A DNA stretch of 64,000 bases from contig JBBTRF010000001.1 of the NCBI GenBank assembly GCA_038065315.1, forward strand, positions 392,425 through 456,424, written 5' to 3'. This DNA comes from Patescibacteria group bacterium. Lineage in GTDB: Bacteria > Patescibacteriota > Minisyncoccia > Phycocordibacterales > JBBTRF01. The position numbers were made by a program, and so were the translations under genes. The notes under the pieces are model-generated. The model was given only the letters and a program-made list of their open reading frames with translations, searched no databases and had not been told where the DNA came from. Below, piece by piece: positions 38,553 to 48,136 of the stretch; the first letter of the stretch is position 1; every line of letters starts with the position of its first letter.

Positions 38553-40550
38553 CTACGCTGTCGGCGTAATGATATCTTTTTTCTTCGCTACGATCCCGAA
38601 TGCCAACACGAGCTTCTCATACTCCTCTCGTTCGATTGTCTCCACTTCCACAAGTCGCGCCGCGATCGCGTCAAGAGCAGCACGATACTTCGTCACCACT
38701 TCCTCCGCCTTTGCTCGAGCCTCGCTCATGATGCGTGCCACCTCAGCATCAATCTCGGCGCTCACTCGTTCGGAATATTCCTTGTCCTCTACTCCACGAC
38801 CAAACAACGCACGGCCGCCGCTGCCTTCGAGAGCGATCGGACCAAGCTTGTCGGACATGCCGTACTTTGTCACCATATCGCGCGCCAAAGCGGTCGAGAC
38901 CTGCAGGTCATTGGACGGGCCAGTGGTAATATCGCCGAACACCATCTTCTCCACTACGTAGCCGCCGAGCGACACCGCAATATCATCCAAAAATTCTTTC
39001 TTCGATTGCATCTTGCGATCTTCGAGCGGCAAATGCAGGGTGTATCCCGCCGCGCGACCACGAGAGATGATCGAGATCTTGTGCACCGGATCGGCATGCG
39101 GCAGGATTGACGAAATGAGCGCGTGTCCCGCCTCGTGATACGCCGTCACCTCCTTTTCTTTCTTCGACAGCAAATGGCTGCGGCGCTCCGGACCAAGCAT
39201 CACCTTTTCGATCGCGCGGATCAAGTCGAATTGCGCCACTTTCTTACGCTCTTCGCGAGCGGCCAAAATCGCACCTTCATTCATGAGTGAATACAGGTCG
39301 GCACCCGAAAAGCCTGGGGTACGTTCCGCGATCACCTTCAAATTCACATCTTCCGCAAACGGCTTTTTCACCGAATGGATCTTCAAAATCTCTTCGCGGT
39401 CGCCACGGTCTGGCAAGTCGATAGTCACTCGTCGGTCAAATCGGCCTGGTCGAAGCAATGCGGGGTCGAGGACATCTGGACGATTGGTGGCCGCCATGAC
39501 AATCACCTTTTCTGTTGGCTCGAAGCCGTCCATCTCCACAAGGATCTGGTTCAGGGTCTGCTCACGCTCATCGTTGCCGCCGCCCACACCGGTGCCTCGG
39601 ACACGGCCGACAGCGTCAATCTCATCCACGAAAATGATCGACGGAGAAGCGTCCTTCGCCACCTTGAAGAGGTCGCGCACACGAGATGCACCAACACCGA
39701 CGAACATTTCGACAAATTCCGATCCGGAGATCGAGAAAAAAGCGACGCCAGCTTCCCCCGCGACTGCACGGGCAAGCATCGTTTTCCCGGTGCCCGGGGC
39801 CCCCATCAGCATGATACCCTTTGGAATCACGGCGCCGATCTCAAAAAATTTCTTTGGGTTTTTCAAAAAGTCCACAATCTCGGCAAGCTCCTGCTTCGCC
39901 TCTTTTGCACCCGCCACGTCCTTGAACTTCACGCGCTGCTTCTCATCGGTCGGCAAAATCATACGCGCCTTCGATTGACCGAAAGACATCGCCTGCATGC
40001 CTGCACCGCGCATCTGTCGTGACAAGAACCAGATAATGATGAGCAAGCCAAGTAACGGAATGATCACTGGCAACAACTTCCCCATCCAATACAGGGCGCC
40101 ACTCGGGTCTTTGATCTCAATTTTCACCACCTTCAATTTTTCTGCCGTCGCACCGTATCGTGCGAGAGTGTCGGTGAGTGAAGAGTCGGTTTCTTTTTTC
40201 GATTTCTTTACAACGGCAGCAACCTCCTCAGTCGATGTCGCGCCTGGAGCCGGCTTTAACTTTTGGTATTCAATCGTCAAATCGCTGCCACTCACGCTAA
40301 TACTCGCCACTTTCTGATTGTTCACATCTTGCGCCAATTCGGAAAGTGCAATCGTCTCGCTTTTCACACCCGAAGATACCAGTCCGGAAAACAGGCCGGT
40401 GAGCAAGAACAGCACCACGAGCACCGTGAGAAGGTTCGACAGGAAGCTATTTGGCTCTTTTGCGCCTTTTGGCATCTTTAGCTTGGGCACCTTAGGAGTT
40501 TTCACCGGCTTCATGGCCTCTTTTTGGTCATTGGATGGAATCTGATTCAT
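38553..40550 (-). CDS. ftsH: ATP-dependent zinc metalloprotease FtsH
   Basis: 665 aa; N-terminal TMs, AAA Walker [17 protein letters not shown] zinc site. Confidence 0.92.
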   Translation of the reverse strand: MNQIPSNDQKEAMKPVKTPKVPKLKMPKGAKEPNSFLSNLLTVLVVLFLLTGLFSGLVSSGVKSETIALSELAQDVNNQKVASISVSGSDLTIEYQKLKPAPGATSTEEVAAVVKKSKKETDSSLTDTLARYGATAEKLKVVKIEIKDPSGALYWMGKLLPVIIPLLGLLIIIWFLSRQMRGAGMQAMSFGQSKARMILPTDEKQRVKFKDVAGAKEAKQELAEIVDFLKNPKKFFEIGAVIPKGIMLMGAPGTGKTMLARAVAGEAGVAFFSISGSEFVEMFVGVGASRVRDLFKVAKDASPSIIFVDEIDAVGRVRGTGVGGGNDEREQTLNQILVEMDGFEPTEKVIVMAATNRPDVLDPALLRPGRFDRRVTIDLPDRGDREEILKIHSVKKPFAEDVNLKVIAERTPGFSGADLYSLMNEGAILAAREERKKVAQFDLIRAIEKVMLGPERRSHLLSKKEKEVTAYHEAGHALISSILPHADPVHKISIISRGRAAGYTLHLPLEDRKMQSKKEFLDDIAVSLGGYVVEKMVFGDITTGPSNDLQVSTALARDMVTKYGMSDKLGPIALEGSGGRALFGRGVEDKEYSERVSAEIDAEVARIMSEARAKAEEVVTKYRAALDAIAARLVEVETIEREEYEKLVLAFGIVAKKKDIITPTA

Positions 40551-40658
40551 GCGCTGATTATACAGATTTTCGAGGAGAAAGGAAGAAAAAACGCGGCCCC
40601 GTACAATGACGGAGACGCGTTCGCGAGAGATTGATGGCGGGGCAATGAAGTCTCGGGC

Positions 40659-41222
40659 CTACGCTCTGGCAGTGACCGAGCGAAGTGGCAAGGTGGGGAC
40701 GGGCACAAGCGACTTCCCTTCTCGAGCTCGCTGGCGCCGCTCGAGAAGTTCGATCACCTTTCGGCTATGCGCCGCAATCGCCGGGTCCGGCCTCAATCCA
40801 CCGAGAAGCACGGTTCCTGGCTGTCCACTCGTGAGCACGATGACTTCGAGCAGTTGTGCCACTCGCATCGTCTCTTCTGCGCGGACCAAGAGTTCAAAAT
40901 CTGGCCAGAAAGCATCCTTCTCGAATTGGTGCTTCCATTGCCGTGTGAACCAATTGAAGTATTTCTGCTCGTCTTTGACGAGGTGGACCGTGCCCGTGGT
41001 GGGACAGACGGTGAGCACGAGCGCGAGCCATTTCACTCCCTCGTTCAAGTTGCCGGTTCCCTTGTTGGGATCCGCGAGGCCCCAGACCTGACCGATACGC
41101 TGCGGGCTTTGACCACAACACTTGCAGAGGCGAATCCTGCGCTTGTGCAAGCGATAGAGGATCGTGCCAACGAGGGTGGCGACGAGGAAAATGACTGACG
41201 CGGAGGCGAGGAACAGTTTCAT
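40659..41222 (-). CDS. Hypothetical membrane-anchored protein
   Basis: N-terminal TM (IFLVATLVGTILY) and CCGQ motif; no domain assigned. Confidence 0.4.
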   Translation of the reverse strand: MKLFLASASVIFLVATLVGTILYRLHKRRIRLCKCCGQSPQRIGQVWGLADPNKGTGNLNEGVKWLALVLTVCPTTGTVHLVKDEQKYFNWFTRQWKHQFEKDAFWPDFELLVRAEETMRVAQLLEVIVLTSGQPGTVLLGGLRPDPAIAAHSRKVIELLERRQRAREGKSLVPVPTLPLRSVTARA

Positions 41223-41339
41223 GGGTTTCCCTTTCTTTTTCCTTGTTTATTTATTGAGTTTTTATCTATTACTGAGCGAACTACACTGTACCATTTTTGG
41301 GTAAAAAGTAAAGCGGGTTCGACCACATTCCCCCATGCT

Positions 41340-41795
41340 ATGATGATACCCATGGCGCTATTGCAGCACAAAAAAATCGGTCTCGACTACGAAATCCTCG
41401 AGAAGTACGAGGCTGGCGTTGAGCTACTCGGCACCGAGGTGAAGTCGGTCCGCGCCAAGCTCGGCAAGCTCGAGGGCGGCTACGTCACCATCCGCGGCGG
41501 CGAGGCTTTCCTCATGAACACCGAGATCCCGCCTTTCCAGCCCCTCAACGCGCCAAAAGACTTCGACCAGGCTCGTATTCGCAAGCTCCTGTTGAGTAAA
41601 AAAGAGCTTCAGGAATTGGCCAATCTCGAGGCGAAACAAGGTTTGACAATAGTACCTGTTTCGGTGTATAATAAGGGCCGAAAGTTGAAGGTGGAGATCG
41701 CAGTCGTAAAAGGCAAAAAGAAGCACGACAAGCGCGAATCCATGAAAAAGAAGCAGTCCGCGCGCGACGTCGCTCGCGAGTACCGAGATCGTTGA
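41340..41795 (+). CDS. smpB: SsrA-binding protein SmpB
   Basis: 151 aa; KKIGLDYEILEKYEAGVELLGTEVKSVRA...GGYVTIRGGEAFL...KKHD typical of SmpB; immediately upstream of tmRNA. Confidence 0.9.
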   Translation: MMIPMALLQHKKIGLDYEILEKYEAGVELLGTEVKSVRAKLGKLEGGYVTIRGGEAFLMNTEIPPFQPLNAPKDFDQARIRKLLLSKKELQELANLEAKQGLTIVPVSVYNKGRKLKVEIAVVKGKKKHDKRESMKKKQSARDVAREYRDR

Positions 41796-41822
41796 CAATT
41801 GAGCACGCAAGATTTTTTATAC

Positions 41823-42209
41823 GGGGATGCCAGGCATCGACGGAAGAATATCTCTTGAATGTGCGAAGGAGAGCTTCAGTAACTCTTAAAAAGGCTGAAA
41901 ATTCTAAGTGCAAAACTTGGATCTGTAAAGTCTCCGTACTTCGGTGCGGCTGACCTTGCATTCGCTTACGCTAAAGCCTAAGCGACGCCAGCCGGATGGT
42001 TTCCACACCGTTCGGTCCTGACGCTATATTTGTGGAATAGGATCAGCGGAGTCCCGCCGCCGATTCGAGATCATGGGAATAGTGCGTACCGCTTTTCGGT
42101 CGTTTCATAACGGCACGCGCGAATTGCCGCAAGGCATAGAAGCGCCCTACCCTTCGTAGACCCATTCACTAGACTCTTCTGCACGGGGGTTCAATTCCTC
42201 CCATCTCCA
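41823..42209 (+). ncRNA. ssrA: tmRNA (ssrA)
   Basis: 5' GGGGATGCCAGGCATCGACGG... and 3' tRNA-like end GGGGGTTCAATTCCTCCCATCTCCA (T-arm plus acceptor pairing with the 5' GGGGATG); located directly after smpB. Confidence 0.8.
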
Positions 42210-43770
42210 CATCCATAGAGTTTGAAGCCACAAAGTCCTCAAAAAGCCTTACGGCTGCTGGTATTTTATCGGTTCGATAACCGGTGTTTTTGTCGTAATG
42301 CAATTTCTCATTGAAAATGAAGAAGAACGTCTCCTGTTTTTCTCGCGCATCCAAGGAAGTCCATATCTTGTATGGGCTTTTAAGCAGTGTGGATACTTTA
42401 TCCAGAGCGGTTCGATAAGGAATTGTCAGATCGATCTCGCCTACTGAACCCGACCCGAGATTCTCAAGCTCCGTTGAAAGAATTTCAATTTGATCCTCAT
42501 AAGCTCTCTTAGCGGCTTCTACACCTGTCTTCGACGAAGAAATTGCTAGTTTTCCAATGTCCTCCTCTATCGACTTTTTCTTGGTGTTTCGCTCAGCTTC
42601 CTCTTTCTTGAGTTTACCGACTTCGTCTTGCCACACCCCATCAAACACAACCTTTAATAATGCGTCGACTTCTTTCTTAAGAACGCACTTTTTAAGAAGA
42701 ATCTTGAAACGATCTTCAACATCCTTCTTTTTTAGAGATTTTCTGTAAAAGGAACAATCTTTCTTTTGACAAAGATAGTAAGGATGCTTCTTGTTTCGCC
42801 CTTTCGACCAACCGGAAGTAAGATGACTTCCGCATTCATTACACAAAAGAAGACCCCTTAGCGGAAAGTCGTCTCTTACGTCCAATCGCACGCGAATACC
42901 CGAATCTTCCTTGCGCAATCTTTTCTGAATTAGTTCAAAGGTCTCGATTGATATTATCCCCTCGTGTTTACCGAGCCTTCTTTCAACTCCCCGCTTCGGA
43001 TATTCAATATAGCCTGCATAAAACGGATCCTTCATTACAGCACTGATACGGCTTATATACTTATCAGGATTACTACCTTTCCAAAATCCCTTTTTAAGCA
43101 AAAACCGACATACATCGACCCTACTCCTCAAGAAGCCTTTAGCGAACTGCTCGCGTGCCGGCTTGAGCAGTTCCAAGCCGTCTTTTGTGGGCAGAGACAA
43201 CATTCCGTGCGCATGATCCTTAGTCATTTTATAGCCCCTCTTGCTACCATAGGCCCAGTAACCCAATTCCAATCTCGCTCGTTGCTTTTGAGTAACCTGC
43301 CTGTGATTTTGGTGCCTCTCAAGTTCTGCTTGTCCCGCCATAATTAATTCTGAGAAGCGTCCCTCTGGACTTTCATCAAAATTATAGTTCAAACACCTTA
43401 ATACGATATTACGTACCTTGAAAGCAGCTCTTAATTTCAAATGAAATTCCACGTCGCGAGCAAAACGCTTGAGATCGTCGAACACAACAACATATCTCTT
43501 GTCGGGATTTGCGTCTATGTAAGCAAGGAGCTTTCGCATAGCCGGACGATTCATAAAATCACCTCCGCCTGTATAACTATCGGGAAAAGTCTTTGTGTGT
43601 GGAATACCTAATGTCGATAGTTCTTTTACACATCTCCCCTCCTGACTTACTAAGCCTGTCCCCTCAATCTCCTGTCTCTTACTTGAGACGCGTGCGTAAA
43701 CGAGACCCTCCCTGTCCTCGTAAACACTTTTTTGTTGTTGTATCTTTTTGTTTTTTAACATTTTTTTCAA
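42169..43770 (-). CDS. Large serine recombinase (integrase)
   Basis: 533 aa; N-terminal resolvase catalytic domain (YARVSSKRQ ... VVFDDLKRFARD), recombinase domain and Cys-rich zinc ribbon (CNECGSHL...YYLC); C-terminus overlaps the tmRNA 3' end. Confidence 0.85.
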   Translation of the reverse strand: MKKMLKNKKIQQQKSVYEDREGLVYARVSSKRQEIEGTGLVSQEGRCVKELSTLGIPHTKTFPDSYTGGGDFMNRPAMRKLLAYIDANPDKRYVVVFDDLKRFARDVEFHLKLRAAFKVRNIVLRCLNYNFDESPEGRFSELIMAGQAELERHQNHRQVTQKQRARLELGYWAYGSKRGYKMTKDHAHGMLSLPTKDGLELLKPAREQFAKGFLRSRVDVCRFLLKKGFWKGSNPDKYISRISAVMKDPFYAGYIEYPKRGVERRLGKHEGIISIETFELIQKRLRKEDSGIRVRLDVRDDFPLRGLLLCNECGSHLTSGWSKGRNKKHPYYLCQKKDCSFYRKSLKKKDVEDRFKILLKKCVLKKEVDALLKVVFDGVWQDEVGKLKKEEAERNTKKKSIEEDIGKLAISSSKTGVEAAKRAYEDQIEILSTELENLGSGSVGEIDLTIPYRTALDKVSTLLKSPYKIWTSLDAREKQETFFFIFNEKLHYDKNTGYRTDKIPAAVRLFEDFVASNSMDVEMGGIEPPCRRV

Positions 43771-43993
43771 TCTCCTCTCGCACGGCCTTTCGACAAAGCA
43801 TCTCGAGATACCGCAACCTCTTCAATATCTTGTCGTCAGAAATTACCCAATCACCAAGAAGGTCGCGGTAGACATGGGTGGAGACCGTAGTCTCCTTATT
43901 ATCATAGCACCTGTTTTCTTGGCTCATAAAAATAACCTGAGGGTTAGGCCCTTAGGTTATTCGATGACCGATTTAGATTGACTTAAGACGAAT

Positions 43994-44731
43994 CTAAGAC
44001 AAAAGCTTTTTAGGAATTCTCACTGACTGTCTAGTGGTAATAAATGCCCAATCTAGGCTATATTTGAGCAACTTTATCTTAATTTGATAAATCGCGTTGT
44101 AACACCTCTTTTCATCTTGTTTTCCACCACCAAGTCGCTCAGCGATCTCTGAGAAAAACCATTCTTCACCAACCTCTTTCGTATCCTCAAAGATAACCCT
44201 TAGAACATGATACTGATTGGAAAACTTGCGAATTTTAATTGTGTTCCCTTTTATATACAAGAGTGATTTTTCTGGGTCGAAAAAGATGCCATTTGGAGCG
44301 ATTCCAGTATCGCAAGAGTCGCGCTCCACGATCTTCTTCCTCACCGACCTAAGAACCTTTAGCTTTGCTCTGGTCTCCTTGTTGATATTAAAAAGCTCCT
44401 TATCCCCCTCCAAGTTAGGGAAATTTGGTTCTTCGTAGGTGAGTGGGAATGAGCAAACCGAATCCGTCTCGGAAAATATCTCTCTTTCATCCTCAAAAGC
44501 CTCCTTGTCCCTATCAAGAAATTTTCTAACAGCTGCCTTCCATCGAAGATACATTTTCCTAACATCGTGGTAATAGAAGGGGTTGTTCTTCCCATGAGAC
44601 ATGGCAACACCTTGGTTGGTATGGGCAGTTATTGTAATCCCCCGTTCGAACAACTTACCAATCCCCTCTGACAGGTCAGCATCTAAAATACTGGGGATGA
44701 GATCTGGTAATTTTAGCCTTCGTGGGTCCAT
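43994..44731 (-). CDS. Hypothetical protein (island cargo)
   Basis: 245-aa AT-rich ORF, no recognisable domain. Confidence 0.4.
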   Translation of the reverse strand: MDPRRLKLPDLIPSILDADLSEGIGKLFERGITITAHTNQGVAMSHGKNNPFYYHDVRKMYLRWKAAVRKFLDRDKEAFEDEREIFSETDSVCSFPLTYEEPNFPNLEGDKELFNINKETRAKLKVLRSVRKKIVERDSCDTGIAPNGIFFDPEKSLLYIKGNTIKIRKFSNQYHVLRVIFEDTKEVGEEWFFSEIAERLGGGKQDEKRCYNAIYQIKIKLLKYSLDWAFITTRQSVRIPKKLLS

Positions 44732-44972
44732 CAGTAGAAAGAAAGTGATTATATGCTAGTATATAAGCACAATTGAATTGTTTTGAGTAGCCTAAACCAC
44801 ACAAGCAATTGTTGGCATGGCGAAAAGCCCAGTAACGACCAAAAAACCCATCATATGGGGTTGTCGTTACTGGCCGTACAGGGAAACTTGTATGGAGGGC
44901 GTAAGCTCTCACCCATGTGGTGGGCTTTTTGCTACCCAACACTTGGTTAGAAGTTAGACCAGTAACATCTCA

Positions 44973-45305
44973 ATGACCAAAACCGGACTCCGCTATCATT
45001 TATTTTTGGCAGTACACCTAATTGGTATAGTGCTTATTATTTCGGGAATAGCTTTCATATTTCTGAACATGCTCATCATTACGAGTGATGGCGTAAGTCA
45101 TTTTGACTTACTCGGACTACCTATACCCACACCGCCGATTTGGTTTTCCTACATACCCTACTATGGATCCTTACTGGGCCAATTTTACGAAATGTTCTCG
45201 TGGCACGGCCTTGTTGAAATTGTCATAACAGCAACCTTAATTTTCCTGGGTGTTGGCCTAAACAATCTAAAGGTAACTGGGATCGCTCACCGACCGAAAA
45301 AATGA
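44973..45305 (+). CDS. Small integral membrane protein (3 TM; island cargo)
   Basis: 110 aa, three hydrophobic helices; 4-nt overlap with the next ORF. Confidence 0.4.
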   Translation: MTKTGLRYHLFLAVHLIGIVLIISGIAFIFLNMLIITSDGVSHFDLLGLPIPTPPIWFSYIPYYGSLLGQFYEMFSWHGLVEIVITATLIFLGVGLNNLKVTGIAHRPKK

Positions 45306-46087
45306 ATCTTAAAACAACATCAAAAGAGAAACTTCAAGAGCTACTCATTGCTGCCATGAGAGAGGAATTAGAGGACCAAAAAGCTGCCAAAAAAGATCGG
45401 TTTATAAGGGCGGCCAATTTAGCAATGGCGGAGGCCGATGAAAGAAATGCTGAATATGAACGCAACCTAAGAAAGGTCCTGAGTGAGGCAAAAGATAACA
45501 TGCCACGAATGAGTAACAACGGGGCTACAGTGGAGATAAAATTCATTGATTATCCCAATGGGTATATTCGGTATTCCTTATCGTTCCTCCACAGCAAGAA
45601 ATCCTTTCTAAATCCAGAATCACTTACCGAAAACCCCGTCACTTTCTATGAAGAAGGCAAAGAGTCTTTGATCCCCTTCTTTGAAAGCTTCTTGGAAGAC
45701 GAAGTGCAGTCGAGATACGAACCGCTAGAGCCTGATGTAAGGATTGAGGGCAAGAAATTACCGCACCAGTTTTTTAGGTTTACCTTCCTTATCAACGAAA
45801 GTAAGATCAAGCAACCTGAAGAAAATGATGTCGCCTACGGTGGCTTTATTCCCGCCCTGACACTAGAGGTTTCAAGAGTAGAGCTTTGGAAGTTTGTCTC
45901 GGAACTCCGCAAAGATTACGACGACTGGGCACTCAGAAATAACGGTCCGAAGATAAAGCGACAAAGCATAGTGAAATACGTGAAGTTAAGAAAGGTTGCT
46001 GAGGGTGTCATCGTGGCTCTAATCTGGATCCTCATCATCTTCATCTGGAATCAATTCGAACAACTTTGGAGAATATTGCTCTCGTAG
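45302..46087 (+). CDS. Hypothetical protein with C-terminal TM anchor (island cargo)
   Basis: 261 aa; coiled-coil N-terminus, C-terminal VIVALIWILIIFIW helix; co-transcribed with the preceding membrane ORF. Confidence 0.4.
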   Translation: MNLKTTSKEKLQELLIAAMREELEDQKAAKKDRFIRAANLAMAEADERNAEYERNLRKVLSEAKDNMPRMSNNGATVEIKFIDYPNGYIRYSLSFLHSKKSFLNPESLTENPVTFYEEGKESLIPFFESFLEDEVQSRYEPLEPDVRIEGKKLPHQFFRFTFLINESKIKQPEENDVAYGGFIPALTLEVSRVELWKFVSELRKDYDDWALRNNGPKIKRQSIVKYVKLRKVAEGVIVALIWILIIFIWNQFEQLWRILLS

Positions 46088-46158
46088 TTTAACGGAAAAA
46101 CAAGGCCGTTCTAACGCCAAGATGCGGGTTCAATTCCTGCCGAGAGTACTTGGAATTA
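46088..46158 (+). tRNA. tRNA-like element / degenerate tRNA (possible att-site remnant), anticodon region reads UCU if folded
   Basis: GCTCTCG acceptor, D arm GTTT/AAAC, T-arm GCGGG-TTCAATT-CCTGC and 3' CGAGAGT pair correctly, but the anticodon stem has only 3 bp. T-loop core GGGTTCAATTCCT is identical to that of the tmRNA 3' end. Confidence 0.35.
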
Positions 46159-46545
46159 AACAGACTGATTCTTTAGCCTAGCAAGGGTTTCATTGAGATT
46201 CCTGATTGTCTCATCATGGCGGCTATCTCGTTCCGTATCACCTCCATTAAGGAGTTGGATATTTTTCGTGAGCTTATCCAAAGCATCTACAAGATCGCGA
46301 TATTTAGCCTTCCTGACGGTCTTAGTCATATGTTTGATGGCAAGAGTACGTTGTATCTCCAACTCCTCAACAAGGGGCCTTATTGCCTCTTTGTAGGCCT
46401 TTGTACCGGTGACAATCTTCGGTGTTTTAGACACAGACTCAGAATATCCGTGCTTTTTGAGGATTTTGCCCATATTCAATTTCCGACCTTTTCCGAGGTT
46501 TTCCATCACTTCTCCTGCTACGCTTTTGGCGTTTATGCTGGTCAT
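46156..46545 (-). CDS. Hypothetical protein (island cargo)
   Basis: 129-aa AT-rich ORF. Confidence 0.35.
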   Translation of the reverse strand: MTSINAKSVAGEVMENLGKGRKLNMGKILKKHGYSESVSKTPKIVTGTKAYKEAIRPLVEELEIQRTLAIKHMTKTVRKAKYRDLVDALDKLTKNIQLLNGGDTERDSRHDETIRNLNETLARLKNQSV

Positions 46546-46697
46546 CTTAAAATTAATTACTTTGATAAAACGGACTTCAAGCCAACCTCACGAGAAACAT
46601 CAATTAGTGCAATTATAACACTGGAAGTGCCTGATTTTCAGCCACGCCTCCCCGCATTGCAATAACTACCCGAAATCTGTAGGCTGGGTCTAATGTT

Positions 46698-47471
46698 ATG
46701 AAGAAAGGGATCTGCAAAATGTGTCTTAAAAACAAGGACCTCCTCAAGGAATCGCATATTATTCCTAAATCTTTGTATAAGCTCCTAGCCGGGAAAAATG
46801 GCCTTTTGGTCTTCCTGAACTCCAAGCGACCTGAGCTTAAATACAACAGTGCTTACGATAAATATATTTTATGCGCAGACTGTGATGGTGGAATCATTGG
46901 GAAACTGGATGACTACGGGGCAAAATTCTTACACGCTAAATTTCCCAACAAGAGTACACCGCAGACAAGGTATGTAGACGGAGAAAAATGCCTCGTTTTC
47001 GAAGACGACCCAAACTATGACTACACCAAATTTAAGCTGTTCTTACTTTCGATTCTGTGGCGCAGCAGCGTATCTTCCCACCCCTTCTTTAGGGCAGTGA
47101 AACTATCGCCTGACACTAAAGAAATCTTAAGACTAATGATCAAGGATGGCGATGCGGGCAAACCGGACGAATACCCCTGCTTTATACACTTACCGCCAGT
47201 AACGGAAAGCTCTGAGGGACATCATGGCTTTAACATAGCCCACTTGCCTACGATGTCACCAGTCTGCGTCGAAACAGACGGAATAAAAATCTGCAAATTT
47301 ATCATTACGGGTTGCCACTACTATTTTATAATCGACAGGCCCAAAAACATCAGAGTGATACCGAGCATGGAAAAAGATAGGCTTACTATTAGATTCAGCA
47401 CAAGGATGGAGCAAGACATGCTGATCCAACAAATATTCGAAATAATCCGTGATCAAAAAGATACTCAGTAG
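46698..47471 (+). CDS. HNH-like nuclease motif protein (island cargo)
   Basis: N-terminus CKMCLKNKDLLKESHIIPKS...LCADCDG fits the CxxC...H-(I/V)IP...CxxC HNH pattern; remainder unassigned. Confidence 0.45.
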   Translation: MKKGICKMCLKNKDLLKESHIIPKSLYKLLAGKNGLLVFLNSKRPELKYNSAYDKYILCADCDGGIIGKLDDYGAKFLHAKFPNKSTPQTRYVDGEKCLVFEDDPNYDYTKFKLFLLSILWRSSVSSHPFFRAVKLSPDTKEILRLMIKDGDAGKPDEYPCFIHLPPVTESSEGHHGFNIAHLPTMSPVCVETDGIKICKFIITGCHYYFIIDRPKNIRVIPSMEKDRLTIRFSTRMEQDMLIQQIFEIIRDQKDTQ

Positions 47472-48136
47472 TAAAGACCATAGCGCTTGATCAGAGCGAC
47501 AAAATCCTTGTAAGTACTAGAGTGGCGAATGGCTTTTTCTTCGTTAAAATGGCTTCCTACAGATTGTGAGATGTCTTTTGCACCAACCGTCTTATTTAGG
47601 TCAACAAAAGAATTAAATTTCTCTTTACAGTGACAACTCGATGTAGTACTAGACAACAGTCTATTCAGCTCACTATCATGTTGATCTTTAAAATCTGGAA
47701 AGTTCGATTCTAATCCAGCAAAATACCAACTTTCAATCTCCACCTCAACTGGACAAATAAGGACCTCCTTGAATGATACGGAGGAACTGGCCACGGCCTC
47801 CTCAATTAACTTTTTCCTGACGCCACTCTGACTCTGGTCAATATCAAAAAGGACAACTAGATAGAGTTCAAAATCATTACCAAAAAGATAGGTGTGATTC
47901 TTGATGAAAAGAGAAGCAATTTGATATGTATCGGGCTTCTTTAATCTTTCCTTTCCAGCAACCTTACTACCAAGCTGGGGCGGGAAAGGAAAAAACCAAA
48001 AGACTTCATCCTTACTGTATATCGAAGAATTGCCATCCTTAAGGAGCTTTGATTCAAAAGACCTTCTTTCCAACAATCTCGGCAAAAAGTATCTTTCACT
48101 ATCCCCCTCTCCGATTAGCAAGCAGACCTTTTTCAT
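47465..48136 (-). CDS. Toprim-like (DUF4276/RloB-like) protein, partner of the AAA ATPase
   Basis: Start MKKVCLLIGEGDSERYF (conserved Glu), later LVVLFDIDQ (DxD) - Toprim catalytic signature; ATG overlaps the ATPase stop as ATGA (48133-48136). Confidence 0.55.
   Translation of the reverse strand: MKKVCLLIGEGDSERYFLPRLLERRSFESKLLKDGNSSIYSKDEVFWFFPFPPQLGSKVAGKERLKKPDTYQIASLFIKNHTYLFGNDFELYLVVLFDIDQSQSGVRKKLIEEAVASSSVSFKEVLICPVEVEIESWYFAGLESNFPDFKDQHDSELNRLLSSTTSSCHCKEKFNSFVDLNKTVGAKDISQSVGSHFNEEKAIRHSSTYKDFVALIKRYGLYY

Noticed and set aside
46088-46158. Calling this element a functional tRNA-Arg(UCU)
   Set aside because: The anticodon stem has two mismatches out of five and the D and T regions are non-canonical. 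Kept as a tRNA-like remnant with low confidence.
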